From the NCBI GenBank assembly GCA_963662585.1, contig OY759729.1:1856001-1920000 (forward strand): a stretch of DNA of 64,000 nucleotides. The letters are read 5' to 3'. The position numbers were made by a program, and so were the translations under genes. The DNA is from Candidatus Cloacimonadales bacterium. Lineage in GTDB: Bacteria > Cloacimonadota > Cloacimonadia > Cloacimonadales > JAFGVF01. Below the pieces are notes generated by a model, which ran no database searches, had not been told where the DNA came from, and saw nothing but the letters and a program-made list of their open reading frames with translations. The first letter of the stretch is position 1, and every line of letters starts with the position of its first letter. Positions 27,580 through 37,958 of this stretch are shown in pieces.

Positions 27580-29745
27580 TTGTTAAATGAACTAAATAAA
27601 GAGCAACAGGAAGTAGTTGCAACAACAGAAGGGGCGGTATTAGTATTAGCTGGGGCTGGTAGTGGAAAGACTAGAACTATCATTTATCGGACAGCTTACT
27701 TAATCAACCAGAAAGGTGTGGATCCTTTCAATATCCTTATCGTCACTTTTACTAATAAAGCTTCTAGTGAGCTTAGGGAAAGGCTTCTTACTTATTTTGG
27801 AATAAATCCTTCTCGCTTATGGGTTGGGACTTTTCATTCTATTTGTTTGAGGATTCTAAGAAGTGAATACAAATTTACTAAGTTTAATTCTAATTTTACT
27901 ATCTATGATAGTGATGACCAGAAGGCACTTCTCAAGAAGGTTTATAAACGATTGGGGATAGCTAAAGAGAACTTTCCACTTCCTCAAATGAAGGCTTCTA
28001 TTAGCAAGCGAAAGAATGAGTTTTTGCTACCTGAAGATTTACAGTTTTTAAAAGATGAAGGTTTTTCTAATAGGATATATTTACAAGTTTACACTGAATA
28101 TCAGAAAGAGTTAGTTAATAACAATTGCATGGATTTTGATGATATAATGGTTTATACCTTGAAGCTTTTTCATGAACATAAAGAGGTCTTACAAAGGTAT
28201 CAAGAGATTTTCAAGTTCGTTATGATTGATGAATACCAAGATACAAATGTGATTCAGTATAAATTAACTTCGCTTTTAGCAGAACCAGATAATAATATTT
28301 GTGTGGTGGGTGATGATGATCAAGCTATATATTCTTGGCGTGGTGCAGATATTACTAATATCCTTAAATTTGATAAAATACACAAAGAAACTGCTGTTAT
28401 TAGATTAGAACAAAATTATAGGTCTAGTCGACAAATCTTAGAGATTGCTAATCAGTTAATCAGTAACAATGAAGAGAGACATCCTAAGAAGCTAAGAACA
28501 GAGATAGAATCTGTTCAACAGCCAGTTATGAAGAGATTAGAGACTGATGTTGATGAAGCAAGATACATTGTAGAAGAAATTCAGAATATTCAGCAGGAAT
28601 ATGGATTAAGATTAAATGATATTGCTGTACTCTATCGAACTAATTCGCAATCTAGACTCTTAGAAACAGAACTGATCAAGCAAAATCTTCCCTATAAAAT
28701 CGTCGGGGGTATAAATTTCTACCAACGCAAAGAAATTAAGGATATTCTTTCTTATTTAAAATGTATTATTAATCCTGCTGATAACGAGAGTTTTCAACGC
28801 ATAATTAATAGTCCAACAAGGGGAATAGGCAAGACTACGATAAATGTTATTAGTAACTATGCTATTGATCATAGTTTATCTTTAAGTGATGCGATAATGC
28901 ATGTAGATAAGATAGATTCTTTATCTGCTAGAGCTAAAACTGCTGTTGGTAAGTTTGCTAAACTTCTGAAGAAATGGCGAGATAAAGCTAATTATATTAA
29001 CTGTTTTGAAATAACTAATTTAGTGATTTCGGATATAGATATTGTTGCACTTCTCTCAAAATCAGATGACCCTAAGCTCAATTCTCAAGCAGAGAATATT
29101 AAAGAGTTTATTAGCTCTACTTCACAATTTAGAGAAGAGTTTCTGCAGAATAATGATGTAGAACCTTATTTAGAAGATTTCCTTAATTCTGTTCAGTTAC
29201 TAACCGATTTAGATAGATTTGATCGTGATTCAGATTCTGTAAATCTATTAACTATTCATAATGCTAAAGGTTTAGAATTTCAAGCAGTCTTTGTTGCAGG
29301 GATTGAAGAGGGGTTATTACCTCACAATCGTTCAATTTTTGAAGACAAGGGTATTGAAGAGGAGAGAAGATTATTATATGTTGCTATTACTCGAGCCAAA
29401 GAGTATCTTTATTTAACTTATGCTAATTATAGAAGAATTAATGGTTTAAATGATGCATCTGCACCAAGTAGGTTCTTATCAGAGATTGGAACAAAGACTA
29501 CTAATAAGAGTAGTTTTGTTACTTATCCTCAAGCACCTAAAAGAAAAAGTTTGGCAGCAGTAAAGAAACCGAATAAAATATTGAATGACAGTAAGTTTAG
29601 GCCTGGTGATAAAGTGCACCATGAAATCTTTGGGAAGGGCATGGTCATTTCTTCTAATGGAGAGGGTGATAGTATGATTTTAACCATATCCTTCACAACA
29701 GGTCTGCTAAAAAAGATAAATGTTAAATATATTGAACTCGTTTAA
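27580..29745 (+). CDS. pcrA: ATP-dependent DNA helicase PcrA/UvrD
   Basis: AGAGSGKT, TFTNKA, DEYQD, GDDDQAIY, QNYRS, HNAKGLEF, EERRLLYVAITRA, C-terminal Tudor-like GDKVHHEIFGKG. Confidence 0.95.
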   Translation: MLNELNKEQQEVVATTEGAVLVLAGAGSGKTRTIIYRTAYLINQKGVDPFNILIVTFTNKASSELRERLLTYFGINPSRLWVGTFHSICLRILRSEYKFTKFNSNFTIYDSDDQKALLKKVYKRLGIAKENFPLPQMKASISKRKNEFLLPEDLQFLKDEGFSNRIYLQVYTEYQKELVNNNCMDFDDIMVYTLKLFHEHKEVLQRYQEIFKFVMIDEYQDTNVIQYKLTSLLAEPDNNICVVGDDDQAIYSWRGADITNILKFDKIHKETAVIRLEQNYRSSRQILEIANQLISNNEERHPKKLRTEIESVQQPVMKRLETDVDEARYIVEEIQNIQQEYGLRLNDIAVLYRTNSQSRLLETELIKQNLPYKIVGGINFYQRKEIKDILSYLKCIINPADNESFQRIINSPTRGIGKTTINVISNYAIDHSLSLSDAIMHVDKIDSLSARAKTAVGKFAKLLKKWRDKANYINCFEITNLVISDIDIVALLSKSDDPKLNSQAENIKEFISSTSQFREEFLQNNDVEPYLEDFLNSVQLLTDLDRFDRDSDSVNLLTIHNAKGLEFQAVFVAGIEEGLLPHNRSIFEDKGIEEERRLLYVAITRAKEYLYLTYANYRRINGLNDASAPSRFLSEIGTKTTNKSSFVTYPQAPKRKSLAAVKKPNKILNDSKFRPGDKVHHEIFGKGMVISSNGEGDSMILTISFTTGLLKKINVKYIELV

Positions 29746-29754
29746 GGAGTTATA

Positions 29755-30711
29755 ATGAAAAGACTAGTCCTAGCAATTATGCTAATAAATATAATGACAC
29801 TACTTGTAGCTTTTGATAAGTATGCTGGAGAAATTTATGAAATACCAGTAGGAGTAAGGAATATAGCTTTAGGAAATACAGGTTTAACCGATATTAATGG
29901 CTATTCTCCAGCCTTCTGGAACGCGGCTTTGCTACCTGAATTACAGAATTCAAGTATGGAACTTATGCATGCTAATGAGTTTGATGGACTCTTCAAGTAT
30001 GATAGTTTTTCCTTTTATTATCATGCTCAAAACTCAATTGCTATAAGTATGACTCGTATTGCTATTAATGATATACCCTTAACAAAGCTTGAGAATGGTG
30101 ATTTACCACTTTCCAATGATAATCGTCCTTATGCTTACAAGTATGTTGATAACAATGATTATCTGCTTAATATTGCTTTGGGTAGAAGAATTAATGATAA
30201 ATTAAATTTGGGGATTACTCCTAAAATCACTTATAGGAAGTTGGCTGAAGAGTCTGCTTGGGCTTTAGGTGCTGATCTTGGAATGCTGTATAAGGTTAGT
30301 TCAAATTTTATGTTTGCTTCCAAAATCAGTAATGTTCTTGCAACTCATATCTTATGGGAAAATGGTGAGTATGAACTTGTTTCTCCTAAGGGGGAAGTTG
30401 AATTTCGCTATGAATTCTCATTCTGGGGTGATAAAATACCTCTGGAATTAATGATGAGAAGTGATGTTTATCTCTTTGCAGATAAGAATATTGGCGATTA
30501 TGATCTAAGTTTTACTTCCCTAAGTAATCATTATGGTTTGGCAGTTACTCCATTTCAGAATATCTCTTTGCTAGCTGGCTATGATGTAGATTCGATAACT
30601 GCTGGAGTAGATTTAAAATATCGTAATTTTGCTCTTTTCTATGCCTATAAAAATAATAACAATGGTGATCTTGGTAATTCTCAAAAAATATCTTTAGGAT
30701 ACAAATTTTAA
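29755..30711 (+). CDS. PorV/UPF0164-like outer-membrane barrel
   Basis: Signal peptide, IPVGVRNIALG...FWNAALL motif, C-terminal ISLGYKF beta-signal. Confidence 0.65.
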   Translation: MKRLVLAIMLINIMTLLVAFDKYAGEIYEIPVGVRNIALGNTGLTDINGYSPAFWNAALLPELQNSSMELMHANEFDGLFKYDSFSFYYHAQNSIAISMTRIAINDIPLTKLENGDLPLSNDNRPYAYKYVDNNDYLLNIALGRRINDKLNLGITPKITYRKLAEESAWALGADLGMLYKVSSNFMFASKISNVLATHILWENGEYELVSPKGEVEFRYEFSFWGDKIPLELMMRSDVYLFADKNIGDYDLSFTSLSNHYGLAVTPFQNISLLAGYDVDSITAGVDLKYRNFALFYAYKNNNNGDLGNSQKISLGYKF

Positions 30712-31841
30712 TGGAAAAAATAAAAGTAGCTATTTTAGGAATTACTGGTTCAATTGGTGATTCATCTTGTGAAGTAATAAGAAAGAATAGAGATAGATTT
30801 GATATAGTTTTAGCTTCTGCTCATCGTAAATTTCCTAAACTTATGGAGATTCAAGAAGAGTTTAATATTCCTAGCGTAGTTGTTACTGGCAAGGGTTATT
30901 ATGCTACTAAAGATGATTATGGCTGTGATATTTACCTTAGTGAAGAATCTTTGTTGCATCTTCTTAGGGAGAGTGATTATGATATTGTTATTAATGCAAT
31001 AACAGGTTCAGCAGGTTTAAGATCAACTATTGCTGTTTTAGAAAGAGGTAAGAAATTAGCTTTAGCCAATAAAGAATCCTTAGTAATGGCTGGTCATCTG
31101 ATTCAGAAATATACTAAAGATAATCCCATATTACCTATTGATAGTGAGCACTCTGCCATTTTTCAGGCTTTAGGTAATCATTCTCAAGAGGAAGTAGCAG
31201 AGTTAATTATCACTGCTTCAGGTGGTTCTTTTCGGGATCGTAAGCTTGATACTTTTAATACTATCACTCTTGCTGATGCTCTTAAACATCCAACCTGGGA
31301 TATGGGGGCAAAAGTTACTATCGATTCAGCTACTATGATGAATAAAGGTTTAGAAGTCATTGAAGCTCATTGGTTATTCAATATGCCATTTAATAAAATC
31401 AAAGCTATTATCCACCCTCAATCTATTATTCATTCACTTGTGAAGTTTAAAGATGGTTCTTTAATCTCTCAGATGAGTAATCCTAGTATGCAAATACCTA
31501 TACTCTATGCTCTCACTCACCCTAAACACATTGAGTTTAATAATGTTGAGACTGATCTTTTAAAGATTCCTGCTTTGACCTTCAGGGAGATAGACCCTAA
31601 GCGATATCCACTCTTCTTCTTAGCTTTAGAAGTTGGGGAAGAAGGCGGAATTATGCCAACTATTATGAATTCTGCAAATGAGGCTTGTATTGAACTTTTT
31701 CTCAATAATAAAATAGAATTTAGGGATTTCTATTCTATTATTTCAGAGACTTTGCTAGCTTCTCAGCAAATACAAAACCCTAGTTTAGAAGAAATAATTG
31801 AGATTAATGAAAGTGTGTATAAGAAGATTGTAAGAAAGTGA
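30711..31841 (+). CDS. dxr: 1-deoxy-D-xylulose-5-phosphate reductoisomerase
   Basis: LGITGSIG, LANKESLV, PIDSEHSAIFQ, TASGG, HPTWDMG and NKGLEVIEA motifs. Confidence 0.97.
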   Translation: MEKIKVAILGITGSIGDSSCEVIRKNRDRFDIVLASAHRKFPKLMEIQEEFNIPSVVVTGKGYYATKDDYGCDIYLSEESLLHLLRESDYDIVINAITGSAGLRSTIAVLERGKKLALANKESLVMAGHLIQKYTKDNPILPIDSEHSAIFQALGNHSQEEVAELIITASGGSFRDRKLDTFNTITLADALKHPTWDMGAKVTIDSATMMNKGLEVIEAHWLFNMPFNKIKAIIHPQSIIHSLVKFKDGSLISQMSNPSMQIPILYALTHPKHIEFNNVETDLLKIPALTFREIDPKRYPLFFLALEVGEEGGIMPTIMNSANEACIELFLNNKIEFRDFYSIISETLLASQQIQNPSLEEIIEINESVYKKIVRK

Positions 31842-31900
31842 GAATTTAAAATTTTCACATAAATTAAGGCGAGGAGTATTTCTTTAATCGTCTAGGGAGG

Positions 31901-31934
31901 ACATTTAATAGGGAGTGTTGGCAAGATACTCCTA
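31901..31934. repeat. Solo copy of the REP-like hairpin found in the 61-63 kb element arms
   Basis: ACATTTAATAGGGAGTGTTGGCAAGATACTCCTA matches the arm at about 61240 at 31 of 34 positions. Confidence 0.8.
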
Positions 31935-32159
31935 GAGAATCCCCCCGAAATTACTTGGCCTCGCTAGCGGACAGGGGATAAACTGAAGATAAATGTAAAA
32001 TAATCTGTCAAATTATTTAGGACTGGATACACTCAGAGGATTGGCATCGAAGATAAGGGGAGAGTTTTCGTTAATCATTCTCCTTCTAGATGAATAGTAA
32101 ATGCTTATAGCAAAATTTCCTTCAAAGCGTTTGAAATATTAAAAAAACAAGGATTTAGT

Positions 32160-34436
32160 ATGTTAAAGGTTATTCGAAGTCAGCTTCACACTCTCTTTAT
32201 TCCCTTAATATTTTGGCTAATCGGAATTATCATTGCTACTAAATTTTCTTATCACTGGACTTTGAACATCCTAGTTACTATTTCTTTTTTGATAATGCTT
32301 TTTTATCCAAAACTAAGAATCTATTTCATATTATTTATTTCGTTAATGCTAGGCTGGATGCATACAAGTACTTATCTAAAAACAACAAGTAATGAAATTG
32401 GTTACTATCTTACCCCTGATAAATCTATCAATGAAGTATTTACTTATAAAGTTTTGGAAAGTAAGCTAACCTCAAAAGATAAAAGATATTATATCATAGA
32501 ACTACGCCAGCTTAATGACTATTCTATGAAAGGGAAATTGCTTCTTTACAATGCTCCTGATTCTCTCAAAAATTATCACATATATCGAAGCCCTATCACT
32601 ATTGAAAATATAGAAAAAGCACATAATCCTGCTGAATTTGATTTTCAGAGATATTATGCTTATCAAGGTATTCAGGGAAGAGCAAGCACCAATGGCTTAA
32701 CCAGTTTTATTGGTAAGGAAGAGACTTTCTGGACGAGATTAAAATCTGCAGTAACTAGCAAAATAGAAGCCACCTTTAGGCAAAATAAATCTTTAGCTTT
32801 AGCTCTATTTTTGGGAGAGAAGGACTTACTCAAGATAGACCAAGAAAGACTAGCCAACTTAGGTCTCTTGCATCTTTTTGCAGTTAGTGGTTTGCATGTG
32901 GGAGTAATATATCTAACGGTTTTGATTATTCTTAATCTTATCTTAAATCTAAATTGGGCTAGACTAGGCACTTCAATAATCTTGATTTTTTATGGATATT
33001 TATGTGCATGGTCGCCATCAGTTTTTAGAACTGTTTTGATAATCTTTATCTATAATTTTACCTTAGTTTTTCAACGCAAAATATCCTTCTTGCAGTTACT
33101 TTCAATCACCCTTTTTATTATTACTATAACTAATCCTCTGCAAGTCTTTTCAGTAGGACTTCATTTATCTCTGACAGCTTTTATCTCTCTTTGGCTAGCT
33201 GATAGGAAATTCTTACCCTTGCTAGACAAATATAGGAGAAAATATAAGTTAAATAAATACATCTTGGGCGTAATTCAATATCTTATATACTCACTCTCAG
33301 TAGTTATCTTTATCGCCCCACTTTCAGCTTATTACTTCAATGTTGTTTCATTTAACTCCCTGATAACAAACATCGTAGTAACTCCAATTGTTAGCCTGAT
33401 GCTAAATGTTATTCTTTTGTCTCTCTTACTTCCCCAAGGATTTGTAGCCCAAGAATATCTAGCTAAGGCATTTAGTCTGCTAAAGGCTCTTTTTGAGAAG
33501 ATTATTGAATATTCAGCTTCGCTTCCACTATTTACTCGAAGATTTGCTCTAACAGGATTCGAACTTTTGGCAATTATTCTGGTGACAATAGTTTTTCTCT
33601 TTCTCTATAAGAAAGATAAAGTTAAAGCCCTTATTCTGATAGCTTCAGCAGTAATCTTACTCTTTCTTACTCTCTCAGGTTTATTTGTTAACTACCAAAA
33701 TCAAGTTATCTGTTTAGATGCCGGAAAAGCTGATTGCAGTTATTTAGAATTTGCTGATGGAAAAAATCTCTTAATTGATACTGGATCCCAAGAACAGCCA
33801 CCTAATATTATAAAAAACTCACTCTTGCCTTATCTAAGAAAAAGGCATATTCATAACTTGGATATGGTTATTATTACTCATGCCCATGAAGATCACTATG
33901 GAGGACTTGCCTTGCTTGCTAAGAATATTGATATCAAGGAGTTAATTATTCATCAAACAGCTCTTGGTGATGAAACCTTCGCCCAAATAATTCAAGAATT
34001 AGAATCAGATATAATTATTACTATCCTCCAAGATACAACTTCAATTTGGGATAGAAGAATAAGATTCTTGCATCCTGATGTTAACTATGAATCAATTAAT
34101 ATGAATAATAACTCTCTGGTTACTCAAGTTACTTATAATCACAATAAACTGCTATTTACTGGCGATATTGAAGAAGAGGCTGAACAAAGATTAGTAAGGC
34201 AATATGGGGATGGGATAAAATCTAATTTTCTAAAGATACCCCATCACGGAAGTATTACCAGCTCTTCAGTAGAATTCTTAGATAGTGTTAATCCTGATAA
34301 ATGTTTTATTCCTGCAGGGAATAGGGATAGAGATAAATTCCCTAATCCTATAGTCTTAAAAAGATTGCAAGATATGAATATTGAAATTTTCATCGGAGGA
34401 GATGATGGTGCTATGAAAATGATAATCGATCGCTAG
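32160..34436 (+). CDS. comEC: Competence protein ComEC/Rec2
   Basis: NPAEFDF, GLLHLFAVSGLHVG, MBL domain THAHEDHYGG, LFTGDIE, PHHGS. Confidence 0.95.
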   Translation: MLKVIRSQLHTLFIPLIFWLIGIIIATKFSYHWTLNILVTISFLIMLFYPKLRIYFILFISLMLGWMHTSTYLKTTSNEIGYYLTPDKSINEVFTYKVLESKLTSKDKRYYIIELRQLNDYSMKGKLLLYNAPDSLKNYHIYRSPITIENIEKAHNPAEFDFQRYYAYQGIQGRASTNGLTSFIGKEETFWTRLKSAVTSKIEATFRQNKSLALALFLGEKDLLKIDQERLANLGLLHLFAVSGLHVGVIYLTVLIILNLILNLNWARLGTSIILIFYGYLCAWSPSVFRTVLIIFIYNFTLVFQRKISFLQLLSITLFIITITNPLQVFSVGLHLSLTAFISLWLADRKFLPLLDKYRRKYKLNKYILGVIQYLIYSLSVVIFIAPLSAYYFNVVSFNSLITNIVVTPIVSLMLNVILLSLLLPQGFVAQEYLAKAFSLLKALFEKIIEYSASLPLFTRRFALTGFELLAIILVTIVFLFLYKKDKVKALILIASAVILLFLTLSGLFVNYQNQVICLDAGKADCSYLEFADGKNLLIDTGSQEQPPNIIKNSLLPYLRKRHIHNLDMVIITHAHEDHYGGLALLAKNIDIKELIIHQTALGDETFAQIIQELESDIIITILQDTTSIWDRRIRFLHPDVNYESINMNNNSLVTQVTYNHNKLLFTGDIEEEAEQRLVRQYGDGIKSNFLKIPHHGSITSSSVEFLDSVNPDKCFIPAGNRDRDKFPNPIVLKRLQDMNIEIFIGGDDGAMKMIIDR

Positions 34437-34683
34437 AGACCTATTCTAGTAATCAATTTGCTAGATTACACTATCATCATCTCTTCCTCTTTAATTGCTC
34501 CTTCTCACTCATCATAGTGATTATTTGGATTTTTATTGAAATCAGTGAGAGAGTGAAGCGAAAGAGGAAAGGAAGAGCAAGGCACAAGCATTAAATATTG
34601 AGTTATTTTTTATTTTCAACTGGACAGAATAATCATCTTTTTATTATAAGAAAATAAATAATAATTAAGAGAATGAGGTTGAA

Positions 34684-35886
34684 ATGAAGAAAATATATAT
34701 AACTATTATAATCCTATTATTAAGCATAAATTTCCAAGTTTTACAGGCAATAGACTATACTGCTGGAATAGACTGGTTCAAGGAATATTACACTATTAGT
34801 GAAAAAGATACTCAGAAATTTATTCCTTTTGGCTTCTATATCAATGAAGCAGGATTTATGTTGGGAGCATTCTATTATAATACCAATGTTATGAATAGTG
34901 GTGCCAAAACCTCTTTAGTGGGGATGTATAGTCCTGAAACTAACATTTCTGCTGTGTGGATTGATGTAGATAATGTTAAATTATCTGATAAAACAAATCT
35001 CTATAGCACTATCAACTTACTAAATTTTAATGATGTAAGAGTTTATTGGAAGGGGAATGATAGTCCTAATATAGAAGCTGCTTTTACGGTATTACCTGAT
35101 AGTACATTAGTTCCTAAGAATAATGGATATCTGGTTAAAGAAGGCTGGGCAAATAACTTCAAAATAGGAATCAAGCATAAAGTCTTTGAAAACAGTGCTA
35201 TTTATGGGGAATATCGCTATAACATCTCTACCTCAAAGAATAGTGATGATTCCTTAACAGATGAGCTGATCGTTAGATTTGAATCTTCCTTCTTAGATAG
35301 TTATAACAATCCACAAAAAGGTAGTAAATTCATAGCTGATATTGCAAAAAGTATTGATATCTTAGGACATGATGAAAATAATAATTGGGATTATTACCGG
35401 CTATCTGCAGAAGTTATTCACTTCTTACCTCTAGCTGATAAAACTACTTTAGGTTTTAGATTATTTACTTCCCACTTAGGCGGGAAAAAAGTTGAGGATG
35501 AGAATAGGACATTAATAATGAATAATCTCTTAAATCAAGAAGGAAAATATACAGAATATGCCCCCTTTATGGCTCAACCATATTTAGGTGATTTTGATAA
35601 CTTCCGAGGTTATTATATGTATAGATTCAGAGATAATAACTTACTCTTACTTCAAGCCGAAAATAGGTTTCCTATCACTGGTAACCGTTTGTACGGTGTC
35701 TTGTTTGGAGAAGTTGGTCGGGTAGCTCCAAAATATGATGTTAGTGAGTTTCTTCAAGATATGAAGTTATCTTATGGAGCTGGTGTAAGATTCTATTTTA
35801 ATGAAGATGTAGCAGTGAGAGCAGATTTTGCTCATTCTAATGAAGAAAATTTACAAGTTAGAATAATGTTTGGGCAGGCTTTTTAA
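34684..35886 (+). CDS. Omp85/BamA-TamA-family barrel lacking POTRA domains
   Basis: Signal peptide, NPQKG, FRGY..RFRD...E.RF, SYGAGVRF, terminal FGQAF. Confidence 0.7.
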   Translation: MKKIYITIIILLLSINFQVLQAIDYTAGIDWFKEYYTISEKDTQKFIPFGFYINEAGFMLGAFYYNTNVMNSGAKTSLVGMYSPETNISAVWIDVDNVKLSDKTNLYSTINLLNFNDVRVYWKGNDSPNIEAAFTVLPDSTLVPKNNGYLVKEGWANNFKIGIKHKVFENSAIYGEYRYNISTSKNSDDSLTDELIVRFESSFLDSYNNPQKGSKFIADIAKSIDILGHDENNNWDYYRLSAEVIHFLPLADKTTLGFRLFTSHLGGKKVEDENRTLIMNNLLNQEGKYTEYAPFMAQPYLGDFDNFRGYYMYRFRDNNLLLLQAENRFPITGNRLYGVLFGEVGRVAPKYDVSEFLQDMKLSYGAGVRFYFNEDVAVRADFAHSNEENLQVRIMFGQAF

Positions 35887-36011
35887 ACCCAGGGTTGAAT
35901 TATATAGGAATAAAGTAAAATGGTTAACTCTTTACTGCTATTGTGTTTAACTAATTCGAAGGAAATATAAATACAAGTATTTTAAAATATTTCTTGACGG
36001 AAAATAACATC

Positions 36012-36027
36012 CATACCGTTTAGTATG
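36012..36027. promoter_or_regulatory. Putative TetR operator
   Basis: CATAC-N6-GTATG palindrome just after TTGACG (35994) and upstream of the TetR gene. Confidence 0.5.
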
Positions 36028-36060
36028 TTTATGAAAATTATGAATACTAAAAGGTGAGGT

Positions 36061-36678
36061 ATGACACAAAGTAAAAGTGAAAATAAAGATACTCGCAAGA
36101 CGATAATATTGTCTGCACTAAAATTGTTTTCTGAAAAGGGCTTTCAGGCCACTTCAATTTCAGAGATTTGTAAAAATGCAAATGTTTCTAAAGGTGCCTT
36201 ATATTGGCACTTCAAGGATAAGCAAGATTTGTATTTACAGCTTATGTATGATGTTATTAGAGAAATTTTAGTAGAATCAATGTTTGAAGTTAACCAAGAG
36301 AAGAGTCCTTTATTGAGGTTAAAAAAACATTTAAACAATTATCTTACCCAACTTTCGACTAATGAGGTTTATCAAGAAGCTTATAGGTTGTTTGTTAGAG
36401 AAATGCAATTTGATCAATTTGCCGATATGGAAAGATTGAGCGCTCAAGTAAAAGAAGATTTTAATTTTGAGAGTTATTTTCAAGATGCCGTTGCTCAGGG
36501 AGAGCTTCCTAAAGTCCTGACAGTAAATCAATATTATGAAATGTATACCCACATGTTTGATGGAATAATTATAAATTGGTTAATGCGGGGCAAGGAGTTT
36601 GATTTAATCGAATTTGGTAATAAATTATTTGATTATGTATATAGAATAGACTTGTTAAGGAGAGAAAATGAAGTTTAA
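36061..36678 (+). CDS. TetR/AcrR-family regulator
   Basis: LFSEKGFQATSISEICKNANVSKGALYWHFKDK helix-turn-helix. Confidence 0.95.
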   Translation: MTQSKSENKDTRKTIILSALKLFSEKGFQATSISEICKNANVSKGALYWHFKDKQDLYLQLMYDVIREILVESMFEVNQEKSPLLRLKKHLNNYLTQLSTNEVYQEAYRLFVREMQFDQFADMERLSAQVKEDFNFESYFQDAVAQGELPKVLTVNQYYEMYTHMFDGIIINWLMRGKEFDLIEFGNKLFDYVYRIDLLRRENEV

Positions 36679-37948
36679 GTATGCAATACTATTATTGATA
36701 TTTCCCTTATTTTTAAGTGGATTGACTTTAAAAGAGGCTGAGAATTATGCTCTAAGGAATAATAAAGAGATTCAGATTTCTCAATCAGATAAAGCAGGAA
36801 CTAATGCTAATTATCTAAGCGTGAAAGGTTCAATATATCCCCAGTTGAGTTTAATGGGGTCTTATGGAATAAAGAAGACAGATGTTCCGGAGATACTTCC
36901 TGCAGGAGTTATGGCAGAAGAAGAGATGCCTTTAAATACTGTCTTGTCAATGTCACAAATTTTGTTCTCTAGCGATGTATTCAATGGTTTAAGAGCTGCA
37001 AAGGTCTATACAAAAATTAATGATACAATGTTACGGGTTACAGAAACAGAGATATTATTCAAGACTAAGGAATTGTTTAACACTTGTTTATTGACTGAGC
37101 AAGTGGTAAATATTCAGAGAGAAGCTTTACAGATTGCTCAATCTCATTTTGAGCAAATAAGTGTAATGTTTGACCAAGGTTTAGTTTCAGAATATGATTT
37201 ATTAAAAGCTGAATTGCAGGTGTCTCAACTAGAGCCACAGCTTCAAGAAGCAATAAACAATCATAGTATGTCAATAGAAGCTCTAAAGAATCATCTTGGG
37301 GGAAATATTGAAATTACTTCAATAGATGGCGAATTAGTTGAACCTGAGATTGCCGACTATGATTTAAATGAAGCTATTAGTGAAGGTAAAAATAATCGTC
37401 TAGAACTAAAAGCAACAAGTTTAAATGCTGATATTTTGAATATTCAATATAAGAATCAACAGAAGAGTTATTTACCTACTGTTGCATTGAATGCTTCAGT
37501 TACTAATTTCACTTCAACTTCAGATTATTCAGTAGAAGCAGATAATTTTGGTAATATTTATCAGTTATCAGTAGACTTTCAAGTACCGCTTTTTACTGGA
37601 TTTACTAACAGGAGTAAGACTCGTAAATTTAAGCAAGAGTGGATATCTGCCCAAATTTCTAATGATAAATTAGAAGATGATATTAGTTTAGAGATAACTA
37701 ATTACTACCTAAAATTAGAGAAAGAAGTCAAAAATTTAACTGCAGTTAAAAAGAATAGGGCTCTCGCAACCAAAGGTTTAACTATAGCTGAACAGAGATA
37801 TAGTAACCAATTAGCTACATACCTAGAAGTTCAAGATGCTCAATTGAGTTATAAACTGGCTCAATTAGATTATATTTCTGCAATATATAATGTTATCAAT
37901 ACCAAAAATAGTTTAGTTAAAGCTATGGGAAAGAATTTAAAATCTTAA
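36668..37948 (+). CDS. TolC-family outer-membrane efflux protein
   Basis: Signal peptide, ALRNN..., YPQL, VPLFTG, two OEP-like halves. Confidence 0.9.
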   Translation: MKFKYAILLLIFPLFLSGLTLKEAENYALRNNKEIQISQSDKAGTNANYLSVKGSIYPQLSLMGSYGIKKTDVPEILPAGVMAEEEMPLNTVLSMSQILFSSDVFNGLRAAKVYTKINDTMLRVTETEILFKTKELFNTCLLTEQVVNIQREALQIAQSHFEQISVMFDQGLVSEYDLLKAELQVSQLEPQLQEAINNHSMSIEALKNHLGGNIEITSIDGELVEPEIADYDLNEAISEGKNNRLELKATSLNADILNIQYKNQQKSYLPTVALNASVTNFTSTSDYSVEADNFGNIYQLSVDFQVPLFTGFTNRSKTRKFKQEWISAQISNDKLEDDISLEITNYYLKLEKEVKNLTAVKKNRALATKGLTIAEQRYSNQLATYLEVQDAQLSYKLAQLDYISAIYNVINTKNSLVKAMGKNLKS

Positions 37949-37958
37949 GGAGAGATTA

